Assembly: GCA_964016885.1 (NCBI GenBank)
Contig: OZ024742.1
Span: 317,440,001-317,504,000, forward strand
DNA length: 64,000 bases
Source of the DNA: Eledone cirrhosa
Lineage: Eukaryota
Direction: 5' to 3'
In this document: positions 44,010-59,285 of the stretch, one piece after another
How the letters are laid out: each line of letters starts with the position of its first letter
Position numbering within the stretch: position 1 is the first letter of the stretch
The notes under the pieces: model-generated
Database searches by the model: none
The model's input: only the letters and a program-made list of their open reading frames with translations
What the model was told of the DNA's origin: nothing
Program-made: the position numbers and the translations under genes

Positions 44010-44409
44010 TCAACTCTAGATATCGGTGAGCATGTTCAGCTAACCTCAATCTGCTCTGTGTCACTTTTGAGCTGACTTTTGGGAGGCTCCCATACTGCTC
44101 TGAGTTTTTCATCCTCAGTGTCTACTGATTGATGTTCAGAGCTATCCTCAGCAATCTCGTATAGCACCCATCCACCATTTGAGTGAGTTTCTTGGTCAGT
44201 GTCCAAGTCTCAGACCCCTACAGCAGCACAGACTCTACTACACGGACACACTGGAAGAGAAAAACCAAGGTTAGCGTATGTTGATGCCCTAAGGACAGAC
44301 ACTGGTCTATTGGAGACGCGGGACGTGGCAGCGATAATGAGAGACAGAGACCGCTGGAGAGAACTCGTCCCTGGATCTCGGGAATTTTACCCGCTCTAGA
44401 TAGATAGAT
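44010..44409. mobile_element. RTE 3' fragment with 5' inversion
   Basis: 44010-44237 on minus (VESVLL*GSETWTLTKKLTQMVDGC..LELT) is joined to about 44238-44409 on plus (LHGHTG..EFYPL* plus TAGA tail). Confidence 0.8.
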
Positions 44410-44692
44410 ATATATGCACACACATATCTTCAAGAGCACATACGAACACAGACAGACAAACACAGAAACAATGATACCCAAAGCAGACTTTAACTGCAAG
44501 GAAGAACTTGAATCCCTCTAATTTGTTTTTAATTCATTTGAATTGTTAGCCAAACCAATTGTATTGCATTAACACAGCCCCAACTTCATCTTTACGGAGG
44601 CACATACATCCACCTACCAACTACTTCTTTATATCCGTCTACCAACCACTCCAGATTACTAAATAGCTTTCTCAACTACCGAATGAAATCCA

Positions 44693-44880
44693 CAGGACTG
44701 CCTACAACCCTCTAAAACCCCAGATGGAGAGTACCATGAAAATAAGTACCCCAAAACGGGGAGAAATGTGACAAAATGGGGAGATTTTACATAATGAAAG
44801 CTGTACTCATTTCCAAAAGAGAAGGCACTTTGAGGTGGGTGAGAGATCTCCCCGTCGGACGGGGAGAGTTGGCAGGTCTG
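44693..44880. mobile_element. MITE family M copy
   Basis: Ends GTTGGCAGGTCTG; TSD AATCCA. Confidence 0.85.
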
Positions 44881-45930
44881 AATCCACTACAAAACTTTTT
44901 TCTCTCCATACAAACTACAGCCATTCCCAACTCATCTACTGAAATCCAATAACAAAATCTTCGGAATACAGGTTTTGAGAAATCTCTCCACACTTGGTAC
45001 ATACACACAGGCACGCGAGTGCGTGATTTTTCCTTCACATTTTTACTACTCTTTCTCAGAATTTTATATCAAAGTAAATCTTTTTTTTTAAGTTGTGTAT
45101 GGTTGGCATAGGATAAAGTGTTACAGGGGGTATATGAGTTTGTAGTACATAAAGGAAGCAGACACTGCCCTAACGTTAGATATGTCTTTTTCTAGCAAAG
45201 GCTAAACAAACGTTAGTCAACCGCTCCTCACCACCAGAGTTTCTTTGATATAACCCTGATGAAAGATGAAATGTCTGAAATATAAGTATAATACTTTGAA
45301 AGGTAACATCATCTCTGGTTTCTCTTTTATTTTTTTGTTTTTATTCACCACATAACACAAAATTACTTGTTACCTGAATATTTTCACCGCAACCTCATTG
45401 TAGTGGCTGTCAAACCTCACAGTTTTGTTTAATATATTAGTATTTACGTTACTGTTTTATAGTTGTCCGAAGTCATATTGCACGTCTCGCTCCTCCAGAG
45501 GAAATCAAAGAGTCCATACAGAGATATTTATATCATGGAATAAGCTGCAACTTGATGCCATTGATTAATATCCATTGAAGCATAAACATTTGGAATTATT
45601 CCAAGCTTTAATTTACTCTGTATTAATCTTTAATATACGGAATCTTGTCACAATTACATTACATTTTACATCATTACGTTGTATTTCAACGCAATACTAA
45701 ACAGCTTTACATTAAAGGTACATTATTATATCTATCATAGTTTTGTCACATTTGATCTAGCGTGAGTATCAAATTTCATAAAACTGTTTTCACCAAGATT
45801 TCTAATTTAGGCACAAGGCCTGCAATTTCTGAGCACTGGGAGAGTCGATTATATCAGCTCTAGTCTTTGACTGATACTTTATTTCATAAATCACGGAACG
45901 ATGAAAATCAAAGTAGACCTCGCTAAAACC

Positions 45931-46104
45931 CAGACCTGCCAACTTCTAAAAACCTAATAGGGAGTAACATGCAAAAAGTGCTCCAAAACGGGGAGAAATG
46001 AGGCAAAATGGGGCTATACCCATTTTCGCAAGAGAAGACATCTCTCGCCCACCCCAACGTGGGTGGGAGATCTCCCCGTCGGACGAGGAGAGTTGACAGT
46101 TCTG
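45931..46104. mobile_element. MITE family M copy
   Basis: CAGACCTGCCAAC..GTTGACAGTTCTG; 7-bp flanking repeat TAAAACC. Confidence 0.85.
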
Positions 46105-47127
46105 TAAAACCTCATCAGCTTTCATCTGGCTAGTAGTTTCAAACGTTTCACCTACTTTTCACTTCCCCCACAACTTTTTATCTTTCCAAATAAATCACTG
46201 CCACCGTTTTCTGTACTTAGGGGTATTTTTATCCGATTCCCATGCTGTTTTTATCTACGGGATTCGGCTGTTTTAACAGTTGTTCCTAGCGTCCGAGTTT
46301 CCACCTTTTTCTATAAAGTTTAACATTCTGTTTGAAATTACACTTGGAAAAGGCATAAATATCGCAACTTATAATTTTCTTCCTCCTTTAAATACTAAAT
46401 GTTGCGGTTTTGTAGGAAACCCAACAATGACAATGAAAAGTTATTACTTGCATGTAGAGTAAAAAATAACGAGTGTAAGACTTAAATCGTATGGTGTTCG
46501 TACCTTTTTTTTTTTCTATAAACGCAGAAGCGGAGGTAAAGTGAATTGGTCTTAACTGAGAAGTGAAACCTATTCACGCTCAACTAAATCTTGTTCTGCC
46601 GTATATAGAAACACAGGAACTGTATTGATATAGATATATTAGCTGCTGCTTGGCCAAACAAAGACCGATGACATTTTGCTCGAGGGCAATCATTTTCAAA
46701 CTATGACCTTGGCAAGGAATCATCCAAAATTTATAGTCAATTCAATAACTCCACTCGATGAACGAATGGAAATCGATTCTAAAATTAGATAATAGAAGGT
46801 TATATATAGAATTCCGAAACACTATGTGATTATGCTGCAATGGCTGCAGGTGAAATACTGACAATGCATCGAATAGAACAGAAAAGAAATGAAAGAAAAC
46901 TAGTGAAGTGATCGATATAATTGTAGATTATGATTTCCCGTTGAAAATGTTTTCATGAAATACTAAAATTATGGCTTATTACGCAATGTAGTACTCGCTC
47001 CAGCAACGTTTTGTATGTGTGGGTCTAAATGTCTATTCGCCCTAAGGCTTACGTGCAGAAAATTTGCTGATTCATGCATGAAGCATATGCATATATCTTT
47101 ATGAATTCATGTGTCTAGACCCCGCCT

Positions 47128-47189
<62 letters not shown>

Positions 47190-47339
47190 TGTGCGTGTGT
47201 GTGTGTGCATTTGAAGTGTGTAAATACTTGCTTTATGATTTCGTAATTGTGTGTATTTAAGTACACTAAATATGCACTGGCTAAAGAACCAAATATTGAT
47301 TGTAAAGTGAAAATCACATTTATTATTAGTAGAGACTAG

Positions 47340-48467
47340 AGCGGTGGACTGGCAGTAACAGTAGAGCGTTGAACAAAATTCTTTGCTATGTAGAGTTATG
47401 ACTGTTTACGTTCTGAGTTCAAATCCAGCCGAAGTTAGTTTTGCTTGCCTTTCATCCTTACTGGCTCTATAAAGTAAAGTTCACTGGAGTCAATTTAATC
47501 AACTTTTCCCCTCCCTATTAATTGTTGGCTTTATGCGAAAATTAGAAACAATCATTAATAGAGACTAAGGGCGGTGAAATAGCACAATCGTTAGACAAAA
47601 TTCTCTGTCTGTGGCATATAATTACGTAGACCTGCCAACCTCTAAAATCCCAAACAGAGAGTAGCTTGAAAAAAAGTCCCCCAAAAAAGGGAGAAGTGAG
47701 CCAAAATTGGGGGATTTTACATTATAAAAGCTATACCCATTTTCACAAAAGAAGACATCCAAAGTGAGTGGGAGATCTCCCCGTAAAATCATGTAACAGT
47801 AAACTAATGGTGTCGATATAATTAACTTTCTCCACCCCTAAAATGATAAGCTTTTTACCTAAATTAGCAATAATGTTTAATAGAGATTGTTTACATCGAA
47901 GTATGGGGTCTTTTTGATTGACATAAATTTGAAGTTGGTGCTCCAGCAGGATCGCAATTCAAAGACTTAAACCGCTTAAAGAGTATTCCTTCTAGTTGAT
48001 TGTATCAATGAGCTTCACAGTAACAGTCACTACGATACAATATTCATTATTGTGGATTGACAGTATCGGTAGAGGGTCGGACGCCATGCTTTCCAGCATA
48101 GTTACGTTCCTTTACGATCTGAGTTCAAATCCCGCCGAGGTTGACTTTGCCTTTCATCCTTACGGGGTCGATAAAATAAAGTACCAGTAATGCACTGGGT
48201 AATTGCTGGCCTTGTGCCTAAAGTAGAAACAATTATTAAACTGACAACTGGACGGTGGAATGGCAGTATCGGTAGAGAGTCGGACGCCATGCTTTGCAGC
48301 ATAGAGTTATGACCCTTTATGATCTGAGTTCAAATCCCGCCGAGGTTAACTTTGCCTTTCATCCTTACGGAGTCGAAAAAATAAAGTACCAGTCACGCAC
48401 TGGAGTCGATCTAATCGACTTTCCCCTGCCACAAAATATTGCTGGCATTGTGCCTATATAAGAAAGC
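47340..48467 (+). mobile_element. Cluster of SINE N copies (47340, 47570, 48052, 48251) with a truncated MITE M at 47627-47784
   Basis: Repeated SINE heads and bodies. TSD ATTATTAAACTGACA at 48232 and 48468. Confidence 0.8.
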
Positions 48468-48968
48468 ATTATTAAACTGACATCATCTAATCATCTATAG
48501 TCCCTGTCCTCCGAACGTTCTCCGTTTCTTACACTTTCTACCCTTCCACAACTTTTATTTCCAATTCTTCACCTCCTTTTATATTTGTATGTATTACTAT
48601 AACCCACTAACTCATCCTTATATCAAATTAAACATATAAGATATTTCTAATCTAACATTGATCTGACAAACCAGTACTGGTAACAATTCAAAATGAACAA
48701 TCATACCTATTGATTAATATTATATAAAGCAATATAATTTATATGGATGATATGTTATTAAGGTTGTAAATACAATGAGATAAGGGCATACTATGGTGGA
48801 CCTAGAGTAAAGCAAGAACAATAAAACAAAACAATAACTTCTAACTTATATTTCATTATATTTCGGAGTTGGAACTTCTTTATCTAGTTCTACCATTGTA
48901 TTTATTATTAGCATTCCACCAGCTTTACTTAACAATCTTAACTTAATATGATATATTATATACACACA

Positions 48969-49087
<119 letters not shown>

Positions 49088-49946
49088 CTTTACATTCTGA
49101 CGTAGATGTTCACTTTAAAAACACTCAAAGGAAGTTTTGATCTTGAGATTGCTAGGATAGGCTCGATTGATGAGAGTATTTTCCTCACTCCCCATATTCA
49201 AACAGTGAGACTATTTATATGTACACAATCTATGCAGAACGCTCCTTTCAGCTATTTTAGTCATACACAACCTTATTGACATACACAATCGGTGCATTAT
49301 TTCTTTTCCTTTTCCTATATCTTTATTAAACCATCTTTAGTAGAGCCAAAGTGAAAAAGCATCGCCCAGAAAATCTACAAAGATAAAAAATATGTCCATT
49401 GGTTTCACCAAGTTGACTTCCAGACTAGCTCCACTCACACTCCTCAAAGCTGCCGAAGCTATAGGAGTTTGCTTTCAACACTAAGAGACCTTATAGGACG
49501 TTTAAGTCTTCAAAATGCAAAGATAGCCTTGTTTGATTTTCGTTTTTCTACAGCCACCATATTCAGACAGTAAGATTAATTTGCATGTATACACCATATG
49601 CAAAACGTTCTTCACATAAATTTCCACCCCACACGTTGTCGATATACTATATATATATATATAACACGTGCGTGATTGTGTTTGTCTCTCTCCCTCTCTC
49701 TCTCTCTCTCTTTATATATATATACATATATCATACACTCCAATGAACCTATATATGTGTGTACGTATTGATAGGCATGATATGCTCTTCCGTGCGTGTC
49801 TTGTGCTTTTAGTATTGGATTACCAAATAATCCGGACATATTTAAGCTAAATGTTTCGGTTAAAGCAGAAATTAATATCAAAAACGATGATAGGGTTATT
49901 ATCATTATTATGTGCATTTTTATATAAATTGTATATGCAATGTCTT

Positions 49947-49989
<43 letters not shown>

Positions 49990-51486
49990 TTTGTTTAGAA
50001 TATCAATTACTTTAGTCCAGACTGACGGATGCTGCCGGTTGATGTTGCCTTTTCTATTGTATAATTACGCTAGTTATTAATGTAGTTATTTCAAGCAGAA
50101 AATGCGATCCGTGCAATGAAACTTGTGGTCAGTGCTTATTCTGTTTCAACAACGGCAGCAATTTTATAAAATTGGTTTCTAACATTGGAACAACTGCTCA
50201 CATTTTGAGGCAGGCTTTGGTCGATTTAATCGACCGAAGTACTTAACTGGTAATTTATTTAATGGGCTCCCGGAAGGATGAAAGTAAAAATTGGTTTCAG
50301 ATTTGAACGAAACGGTGATTAAATGGGAAAATATATCACTGGGTAGGCAGAATCATTTAAGCATTGAATGAGAATAATTTAGTTGTATCTAGTTATGGCA
50401 TGACGTTACGAGTTCAAATAACACCAGGTCAACTGCACTTTTCTTCATTTCGGATTCAACAAATAACGCACTAGTCAAATGCTCTTCCCCAAATATTTAC
50501 ACTAATGTTAGAAAACACTATTAAATTAAATAAAATAACGATACAAAACTAATATCTGTGTCAATTCATTAACTTGAGTCTTACTTTATTTTAATTAATT
50601 TAATTAATGGTTTCTAACTTAGGCACAAAGCCAACTGTTTTGTGGGACTAGGGGTTTTTTATGTTATCAACCCCGTAAGGATGAAAGGCAAAGCTAACCA
50701 AATGGGATTTGAACTCAGAACTTTATTCTAATTAATAATTATTGATTGTTTTAATTTTCTAGATATTTTACTTTTAGCTAATTGTTTTTGTGATTGTATA
50801 TGTTGTTGCTGTTTTTTGATATCTATATTTTTCATTTTGACTTTTATTCATTCTTTGAAATCTTTAATAGCTTACGATATATGTCCATGGACACACTAGA
50901 AGAGGAAGACCAAGGTTAACGTATGTTGATGCCCTAAGGACAGACACTGGTCTGTTGGAGACGCAGGACATGGCAGCGATAATGAGGGACAGAGACCGCT
51001 GGAGAGAACTCGTCCATGGATCTCGGGAATTTTACCCGCCTTAGATAGATATGTCATTTATCAGCGAATTGGCAGTGTCGTTAGAACGTTGAATACAATG
51101 CTCACTTCCTCCTCTCACCCAGTTTCTATCCCTCTCTGGATAAAATCTACTTTGTTCAGACCTGGAGAGGAGATGCTCTCCACCAGGCTTTAAATGCCCA
51201 AGAAACGCCGTATGCCACTATGACGCCCCTACAACTCAATCAGGATTTACGGAGCTATAGTATTTCATATAACATTATATGTAACAAGGGGACTAGATGT
51301 GTAGAAGAGAGGCATGGATGTAGAATGGAGAAATGAGTATATATTATATTGGCAGTGTAGAAACCGATCATTAACTCACATATTGATTTCTTCTGTTTAG
51401 GCCCAAAGAACTAGATTTAAAGAGTAGATAAATATGGTGAAGTGATGTATATCTACGCCTTTCCTAAAGGCATTAGTGATGTAAAA

Positions 51487-51544
<58 letters not shown>

Positions 51545-52837
51545 TACTACTAGCAGTAGTAGTGGAAACTTAACTCTGTCGTTAAATATTATGTTTACCA
51601 GTCAATTCTGTTAGGCTGTCTCAGCTAGCTTCTTATGTTTGATAATATTTTCTAAATTTGGCACAAGATTACAACTTTGAAAAGACGAATGCAATCGAGT
51701 AAATCGATTGCAGAGTTTAATTTGTACATAATATTCATAGGGATGGAGAAGTAATGTTGAATCAGAAGGCAGGACTTAAAATATCTAAGTATTTATCCCA
51801 AGGCAATTATGAAAGCTGGTTATCTTTCCAGCTCATCACAGCCTCTTACTATATTTAATAATGAATTCCCAACATTGAACCTGGATCCCAATTATGTAAC
51901 ATACAAACAAACCCAGCACATGACTCTTATGTATTTAATCGATTCCGGGGACTAAATTGACTCCCAATGAGTTTCGAGCTCAACAGCAGACGTGATCAAA
52001 TATTTCAATGCATTTAGTATGGCACTAAACCTTTTTTGTTGCTTTAGTGATTTTATAATTACAAACATTAGTGTCTTGTCGATTAATCCTAAAGACAGCG
52101 TTGTGAAATTCCTCTCTCATACAATACTTTTTGAAACCTCGGGAATATGTTTGGATTTGACAACTACTTTATTGTCACATACATGAGTATGTGTCTGTGA
52201 AACATATATACATACACAAGATCGGAACACAAAAGAACCAAACTCCCACTGTCACCGCCTCAGTCATTCCCGCTCTCCCCATCTCTCACTATTATGAGCA
52301 AATGGGGGCCCACGCGCTGGTCGCCCCACGGCCCCGGCGGAAAGAATGGAGAAGGCGTCTCCCCGGAGGATGGTTCTTTAACTTGGTTTTTATTTCTAAA
52401 AGCAGTGAATTGGCAGAAACATTAAAACGTCGGATAAAATATTTTGCCGTGCTCGTTCAAACAACCTATTTTATTTCAAATCTCACCGAGGTCAACTTTG
52501 TCTTTCATCTTTTCGTGGTCGATAAAAAGTACCAGTCCAGTACTGGTGACGATTCTTCTATATCTCTTTTTCACTTTCTCACTCTCAATCTTCTATGGAA
52601 GAAATCTGCTATGTTTAGACCTGGAGAGAGATGGGCTCCACCAGGCTTAAAATACCCAAGAAACGCTGTATACTACTACGGCGCCCCTACAACTCCATCG
52701 GAGGTTATGGGACCATACTTAAATATATTATATAGTATATAATTCAGTGCCATATGATTTTTCAGTTTAAATACAACTGGAATTATTTTTTCTTTCATTC
52801 TTCTAGTATCTATAAATCAGACTCTTCCAAGTAATAA

Positions 52838-53012
52838 TTGTTTCTACTTTTGACACAAGGCCAGCTATTACCCAGTACATTACTGGTACTTTATTTTATC
52901 GACCCCATAAGGATGAAAGGCAAAGTTAACCTCGACGGGATTTGAACTCAGACCGTAAAGGGACGTAACTATGCTAGAAAGCATGGCGTCCAACCCTCTA
53001 CCGGTACTGCCA
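52838..53012 (-). mobile_element. SINE family N
   Basis: Matches the family consensus; slightly 5'-truncated. Confidence 0.85.
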
Positions 53013-53036
53013 AAATAATAATACAATCAATATTAT

Positions 53037-53455
53037 TATATGGAAGTGAAACATGGATGTGTTCATCGAAACAACAAAAGTGCATTGATGGCACCTACAT
53101 TCGCCTTCCTCGACCTATTCAGAACATAAGCTGGCGGCATCTGACCTTGAAAGAAATATATTCCGTCCTCCCACGCATATCTGTCATTGTACGTAAAAGG
53201 AGAGTACGATTTGCTGGGTACTGCCATCGTGCTACCTATGAGGCTGTGTCCCCATTAGTGCTTTGGAAACCACAAGCAGTCACTAATAACAGGAGTCACA
53301 AACTCTCCTATCCCGATGTCATCTCCAGAGATTCTGGTATTGAAATCCAGGACTTGGCAGCGGCAATGAACGACAGACCCACGTGGAGATCAATTGTTGA
53401 GTCGATTTCGGCTGGGGCCGCCGGATGATGATGATGATAATGGTGATGATGATAA
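53037..53455 (+). mobile_element. RTE LINE 3' fragment (second family, (TGA)n tail)
   Basis: YGSETW..IDGTYIRL..RRVRFAGYCHR..AAAMNDRPTWR, followed by a GATGATGAT tail. Confidence 0.8.
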
Positions 53456-56400
53456 TTGCTACTATTATACTAGATCCGATTAAATTGCTTATAATTCTTT
53501 TGCATTTTAAACACGTTATTTCTGAGTTACCACGCCTTTAATTGAAAGTATAGGATCTATTAGTTAAGTGTGTGTTAACATACTTAATGTATGAGTCAAA
53601 ATATTTAATTAAAACATATTCGTAGTGAGGAAAAGAGAGTAGCTTAATGAGTAATTGAAGTTAAGAAAGACAGAGACATACATAAATAATCTATTATATT
53701 TTAAAAAGGACGGGGAAAATAATCGTCAGATCGAGCTGAATAAACTGTTTCCATTGGTCTTTCCATTCCTGGTCACAATTCCTGGTACAAGGACACTGGA
53801 CTTGAACATGTTGAGTGGGAACAAATACCGTAACATTCAAAGCAACGCTCTAATAACTCTACCAATATCCCGGCTCATATAATGGCTGAGAAATTGACAA
53901 AATTTATAGAGTATAGGTCTAGATAATACATCGTAGTTGGTTTTGGTCTGTTTATTCGTTAAAATGTAGCCAAAGTTGGTTTGAATGCTTCCATTCTTTT
54001 TCGTCGTTCTTGTTTGATGAAATAAATAGCAGTGATATTCAATGAATTACCTCCACCCCCGCAACAGATTATTAAATAGACATTTTCTCATGTACTATTA
54101 AATCAAATCTACTTCCCACACACACCTAAAGTCCGTGGGAAATACATAAACCTGCGCTATCCCATTTCGATTTTCTAGGACGTGCAGTTATTATGCTAAC
54201 TCATAAGAAACTAATTAAATATATCGGACGCGATAGAATAAAGGTAGGTTCCTGGGATTCCCGTTAGGTACCTCTGTTCGATTCGATTTCCGGTTCAAAC
54301 AAGTGAGTTTTGTATACTGATATAATCATATAATTATTTTTGGAAATATAACATTTATAATTCTATGAAAGAATAAATAGATGATGGAAACGAGAATAAC
54401 GGGTTAACTCTAAGAACAAATTGGAAAATAAATAGACAGAAGCATTCAATGCCAGACGTTTTATGTTGACATCATTTCCGCTATTTTATTTTCCCCATGA
54501 AACTATTATATATTGATGTAGAAGAATAATAACAATTGTCTACTTAGGAAAGGATGTGGTAGGACAGGTGGAATGAGAAAAAGGAAACTGCCGTCTATGA
54601 TAAATGTTGCAGTAAAACGTAATGAAACAAAAAATACACAAGGCCATCGAACGAATAGTTTCCAGTTGCCTCAACAATTGTTGATTTTTGTTTAGTGTGT
54701 GGGTGTCTGTCGTTGTGCGTGTGTGTGTGTGTGCGTGTGGGGGGGGCGTGCGTGCGTGTATTTGTCTGTGAATATATGTATGTGTATTTTTGTGTATCTG
54801 TGTATGTAATCAGTTGTTGAAAACACCAGAAGGCTTTTGATAAGAGTGATATGGCATGATTCCAATTTGAATATACTCATTAACGAAAGACAAACATTCT
54901 GACATCATCTGCAGTAAAACAACCTGAAATGCACAATTATTATCATTATTATTATTTTTATTATTATTATTATAATCATTGATTTCAAAATATAGGAAAA
55001 AATATCATTTTTAATCTTCGTTAGTTTTTTTATATATATACTTTTATCATAGCAAACTTCGCTTTGAGTTCTGTTTGCGTTGCAATAATAGTGAGAAGAA
55101 AGCAGCAGAATTTTAACTATTATATTTAATTTCTAGGTTTGTCAACAGGAATTCTGAATAGGATGAAGGATTTCACAATCTATTTCTTTTTTCGTCGTGG
55201 TTATTGTTGTTGTTATTTAACTCTCCGTCTGTTTTTGAGGGGTCCGGACCCTTTCCAGTCCTGACTAACCTATCATTTTCTGCCTACAAATAGAAAGACA
55301 GAAAGATAGAAAGATAGGAAGGGAGGAAGAAAGAAAGATAGAAATGAAGACGCCAATTCTCAGCTCGAACCAAGGAAATTATGTTTCCATTGGTCTTTCC
55401 ATTACTGACACAATCTGTCAGTCGCAACTTCTGGCAGAAGTGTTACCGCCTTTCCGGTGTCAGATGGCGGAATTTGAAATCACAATGCTAGGAGCCGGTA
55501 CAGATACTACAAATCAACTTATACAGCACTTTTAACAATTCCTCCAATCCACCAACCCTGGCTTGGTACTATAATTATCGACCTAAAAAATGATGAAAGA
55601 GAGCCGAAACAAATGTCAGATCAATACTTTGATGTCTCTGCCAGTTTTTCTCATGATAGTGATCTACATTATTAAAGAAAATCTCGATACTATTGCTACC
55701 AGAAATGAAAGAAAAAGTGTTTGTTCATCTGTTTCAATATAGGTTGCTTAATTTACTGTCGAAATAAAGAGGTGACACTTCACATGGACTGGGATCAGTC
55801 TGATGACAAGAAGACCAACCTAACGACGTTTACTTCTTTCCCATTAAGAGGGCATCAACAAAATGAAAGTTTAATAGATGCTGGTATACCATCTACTGTT
55901 CTGTCATCCTGGCTTGAAAACCAGTTCAAAGGAGCCTCATAAGCAAGGCAAATCGATCTTATTAAGAACGAAGTTCGAGTATCATGAATAATATCGAAAA
56001 CATACAGATATCGTCTAGAATAAAAATAGAGTTCTTTAACATACAACGTTTCATATGAATAAATAATTTAAAATGTAAAATAGATCTATATCGGTTTCCA
56101 TGGAGAGTGTTCAAATGTTCACTCAGCTAAAATATCTGTTCCTTGGCGAAGAAGCCAGCTGTATATTCAGTAGACACTAGTGTCTTTATTGTAATCTTCG
56201 AGCAAAATCGGAGTAACACACCGTGTTACAATGTGTGTAACCAGGTCCTTTAATTTGCTGATAAAATACTTCGAGCGGATGTTCATACCGTTTCCCTCTA
56301 CTCAGTCAGTCTTACTCATAAATGTTAGGTAGACACTAGGCTACGATAAAAATAGTTTCTCAAAATGCCACACTGTATGATCGAACCTGGAACACTGTAA

Positions 56401-56739
56401 TTGAGAATTGAACTTCTTAATCATCCGTCTGCAGTATTTAGGTGGTTTTCATTACGTTAAATACGTCTGTTATATTTCATAAGTAACTTTTATCACATGG
56501 AAATGTAGCTTTGATTGTGAAATAATCTTTCTATGTAAATAAGACAATAATTCGTATTTAATCAATTTACCACTTAGTAACTCGTTTCTGCTCTGTTGTA
56601 CTGTCTCGTTGTCAAATAATTGCAGAACCGTGCATTTATTGCTTCCTGTAAATGATAGTCTTGCTCCATTATTTTCGTCATGTTCCTACAAAAGAATTAA
56701 ACTTCTGTAAAAAAAAAACAAATTAATTATGGAATAAAC

Positions 56740-57136
56740 CAGATCTGTCAACTCTCCCCGTTCGACGTAGAGATCTCCTTTGGTGTAAGTGGTGGGTGAG
56801 AGATATCTTCTCTTGTTAAAATGGGTATAGCTTTCATTATGTAAAATCTCCATGGCGGTGAATTGGCAGTATCGGTAGAGGGTTGGACGCCATGCTTTCT
56901 AGCATAGTTACGTCCCTTTACAGTCTGAGTTCAAATCCCGCCGAGGTTAACTTTGCCTTTCATCCTTACGGGGTGGATAAAATAAAGTACCGGTAATGTA
57001 CTGGGTAATTGCTGACCTTGTGCCTAAAGTAGAAACAATTATGTAAAATCTCCATATTTTGCCTCATTTCTCCCCATTCTGGGGCACTTTTTTTCGTGGG
57101 ACTCCCCGTTTGGGTTTTTAGATGTTGGTAGGTCTG
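56740..57136. mobile_element. MITE M interrupted by a full-length SINE N (56854-57037)
   Basis: MITE TSD ATAAAC. SINE TSD ATTATGTAAAATCTCCAT (18 bp) at 56836 and 57038. Confidence 0.9.
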
Positions 57137-57929
57137 ATAAACTATGGGCTTCACATATAAGTTAACAACTGCTTGAAGCAGAGAAAGGACGATTCTTGTA
57201 TACGGTCGCTAGCCTGTTATAAATTGTTGCTAAATCAATTCAAAATACATAGTACCAACTTAAAAAAGGGAAAAATATTGGACATTGTAATCTGTAATAT
57301 ACAAATAGCCTTTTGAACACAGACATGTTCCAACATGGGGAGCCGTGGTTCTAAAACAATCGCCAGCTAATTATAATCTAGGAATCACTTAGGCATACAA
57401 AAATAATTTTTAATCTCAAATGATTATAGCACTTTTAAATTTCTATTAATAAAATCTCTTGGACAAATATGATTGTAGCTGAATATAAGCTGATGATGGT
57501 GGGGCAGAGTTGTTAAAACGTCAGATAGAATGCTTTATGGTGTTCGTTTCGACTCTCTGAGATTAAACCCTGCCGAGGTCAACTTTTCCCTTCATCCATT
57601 CGAGGTCGATAAAAAGTACTAGTCTAGGACTGGGGTCGATTCTTCCTCTGTCTCTTTCTCACTTCCATTCCCTTACTCTCTATCCTTCTCTGGAAGAAAT
57701 CTGATGTATTCAGACCTGGAGAGGAAATGGGCTCTTTAAACATATCCTAGAAAGACTGTATATCAATACGCCTCGTGAGTTACGGGAGCATGAATCTTAT
57801 TCTGCCATGGGGAGCCTCTAGATCGTTGCTTAGTCTTCAAGAAATAATAGTTACATTTTTTCTCAAAATCATACCCCGTCGTCTTGGAAAGAATATCTCA
57901 GACTACATTGGATAGTATTGCATTTGATA

Positions 57930-58091
57930 CAGACCTATCAACTCTCTGGGGTGAGTGAAATATGTCCTCTCGTGTGAAAATGGTTATAGCTTTCATTATG
58001 TAAAATCTCCCCATTTTGCCTCATTTCTCTCCGTTTTGGGGCACTTTTTCATGGTACTCCTCGTTTGGGATTTTAGAAGCTGGTAGGTCTG
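57930..58091. mobile_element. MITE family M copy (internal deletion)
   Basis: TIRs present; 7-bp flanking repeat TTTGATA. Confidence 0.85.
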
Positions 58092-59101
58092 TTTGATATA
58101 CTATGCCTAACAATAAAGGACGGGGGGATTGTTATTAATTCTTTCATTCATATGCTGCTCCATTAGCGCCGACCTGGGGTTAAGCAACTAAACTATGTCA
58201 TGACAGTTCTTTCATAGTTAAATTAATAGATTCCTATCTAGACGGATTGAGTTAAAATGGAAAGAAGTTAAACTGTATTTTGTAATGAGACAGAAAATTA
58301 AATGCAGCAGCAATGAAATGGATGATTGGTTCATGACAAAACATTAAAAATATATCATTCCACAACGTAAGAAATAATGTACAACAAAACTGTAAACTAA
58401 ATCTGTTTTGTTATTGCTATTATTATTGTTGTTATTTAGACTGAGAACTGCGTAATTGTAGAATCGTTAGCACATCGGATAAAAGTCTTCGCTGTGTTTA
58501 TTCCGGGTCTTTACATTCTGATTTCAAGTCCCATCCCAGGGGTTCGATAAAATAAAGTAACAGTCAAGTTCTGGAGATATTCTGTCAACTGATCCGTACC
58601 CCGACTCCCACACACATTGACGACCGTGTGCCTAAATCAGAAATCTTTAAGTTTAGTGGATTTCTTTAAGGTCTCAGATATGAAAGATACCGACATTATT
58701 CTCTCTAGAGTATCATCACGTCTATTAGTAATTTGAGGATAATACGGACAATAAGGGAGTTGGTAAACTGATCTTACAGGAATACAAAAAATAAGAAATA
58801 GGGATGAAGCAAAGAACAACACTGTCAGAAATCTGCAAAATAGACGCAAAAAAGTGTTATTCCCTGAAATACACTCTTGAATTTTTCCATTTCGTCATGA
58901 AATATGTTATCATCTTTTGGGGCTGAAAAGTCAATTAGAATGCATTTCTTTTCCTGATGTGTCTGATTACAATATCTAGCCGATTATCGTTGATCTCCTT
59001 GATTGTGTGTATTGAAATATACCTGAGTATGCTTGTTTTGTCATTCTTTAAGTCTGTATCTGGTATATGTTTATATCTATTTACTGTTAATATTTTATAA
59101 T

Positions 59102-59285
59102 CAGACCTGCGAACATCTAAAAACCAAAATGGGGAGTACAATGAAAAAAGTGCCCCAAAACGAGGCAAAATGGGAAGATTTTAGATAATGAAAGCTATAC
59201 CCATTTTCACAAGAGAAGACATATCTCACCAACACCAAAGTGGGTGGGAGATCGCCCCGTCGGTCGGGGAGAGTTGACAGGTCTG
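59102..59285. mobile_element. MITE family M copy
   Basis: TIRs present; TSD TATAAT. Confidence 0.85.

Noticed and set aside
45252-45290. CUGAUGA..AGAU GAAAU GUCU-GAAA-UAUA motif
   Set aside because: Possibly a decayed hammerhead, but stem I and the cleavage triplet cannot be closed, so it is not counted.
55721-56046. Short ORFs and possible exons in unique-looking DNA (also 35020-35160, 46500-46900, 48840-48950)
   Set aside because: No recognisable domain or consistent splice chain. Host exons cannot be excluded without RNA-seq.
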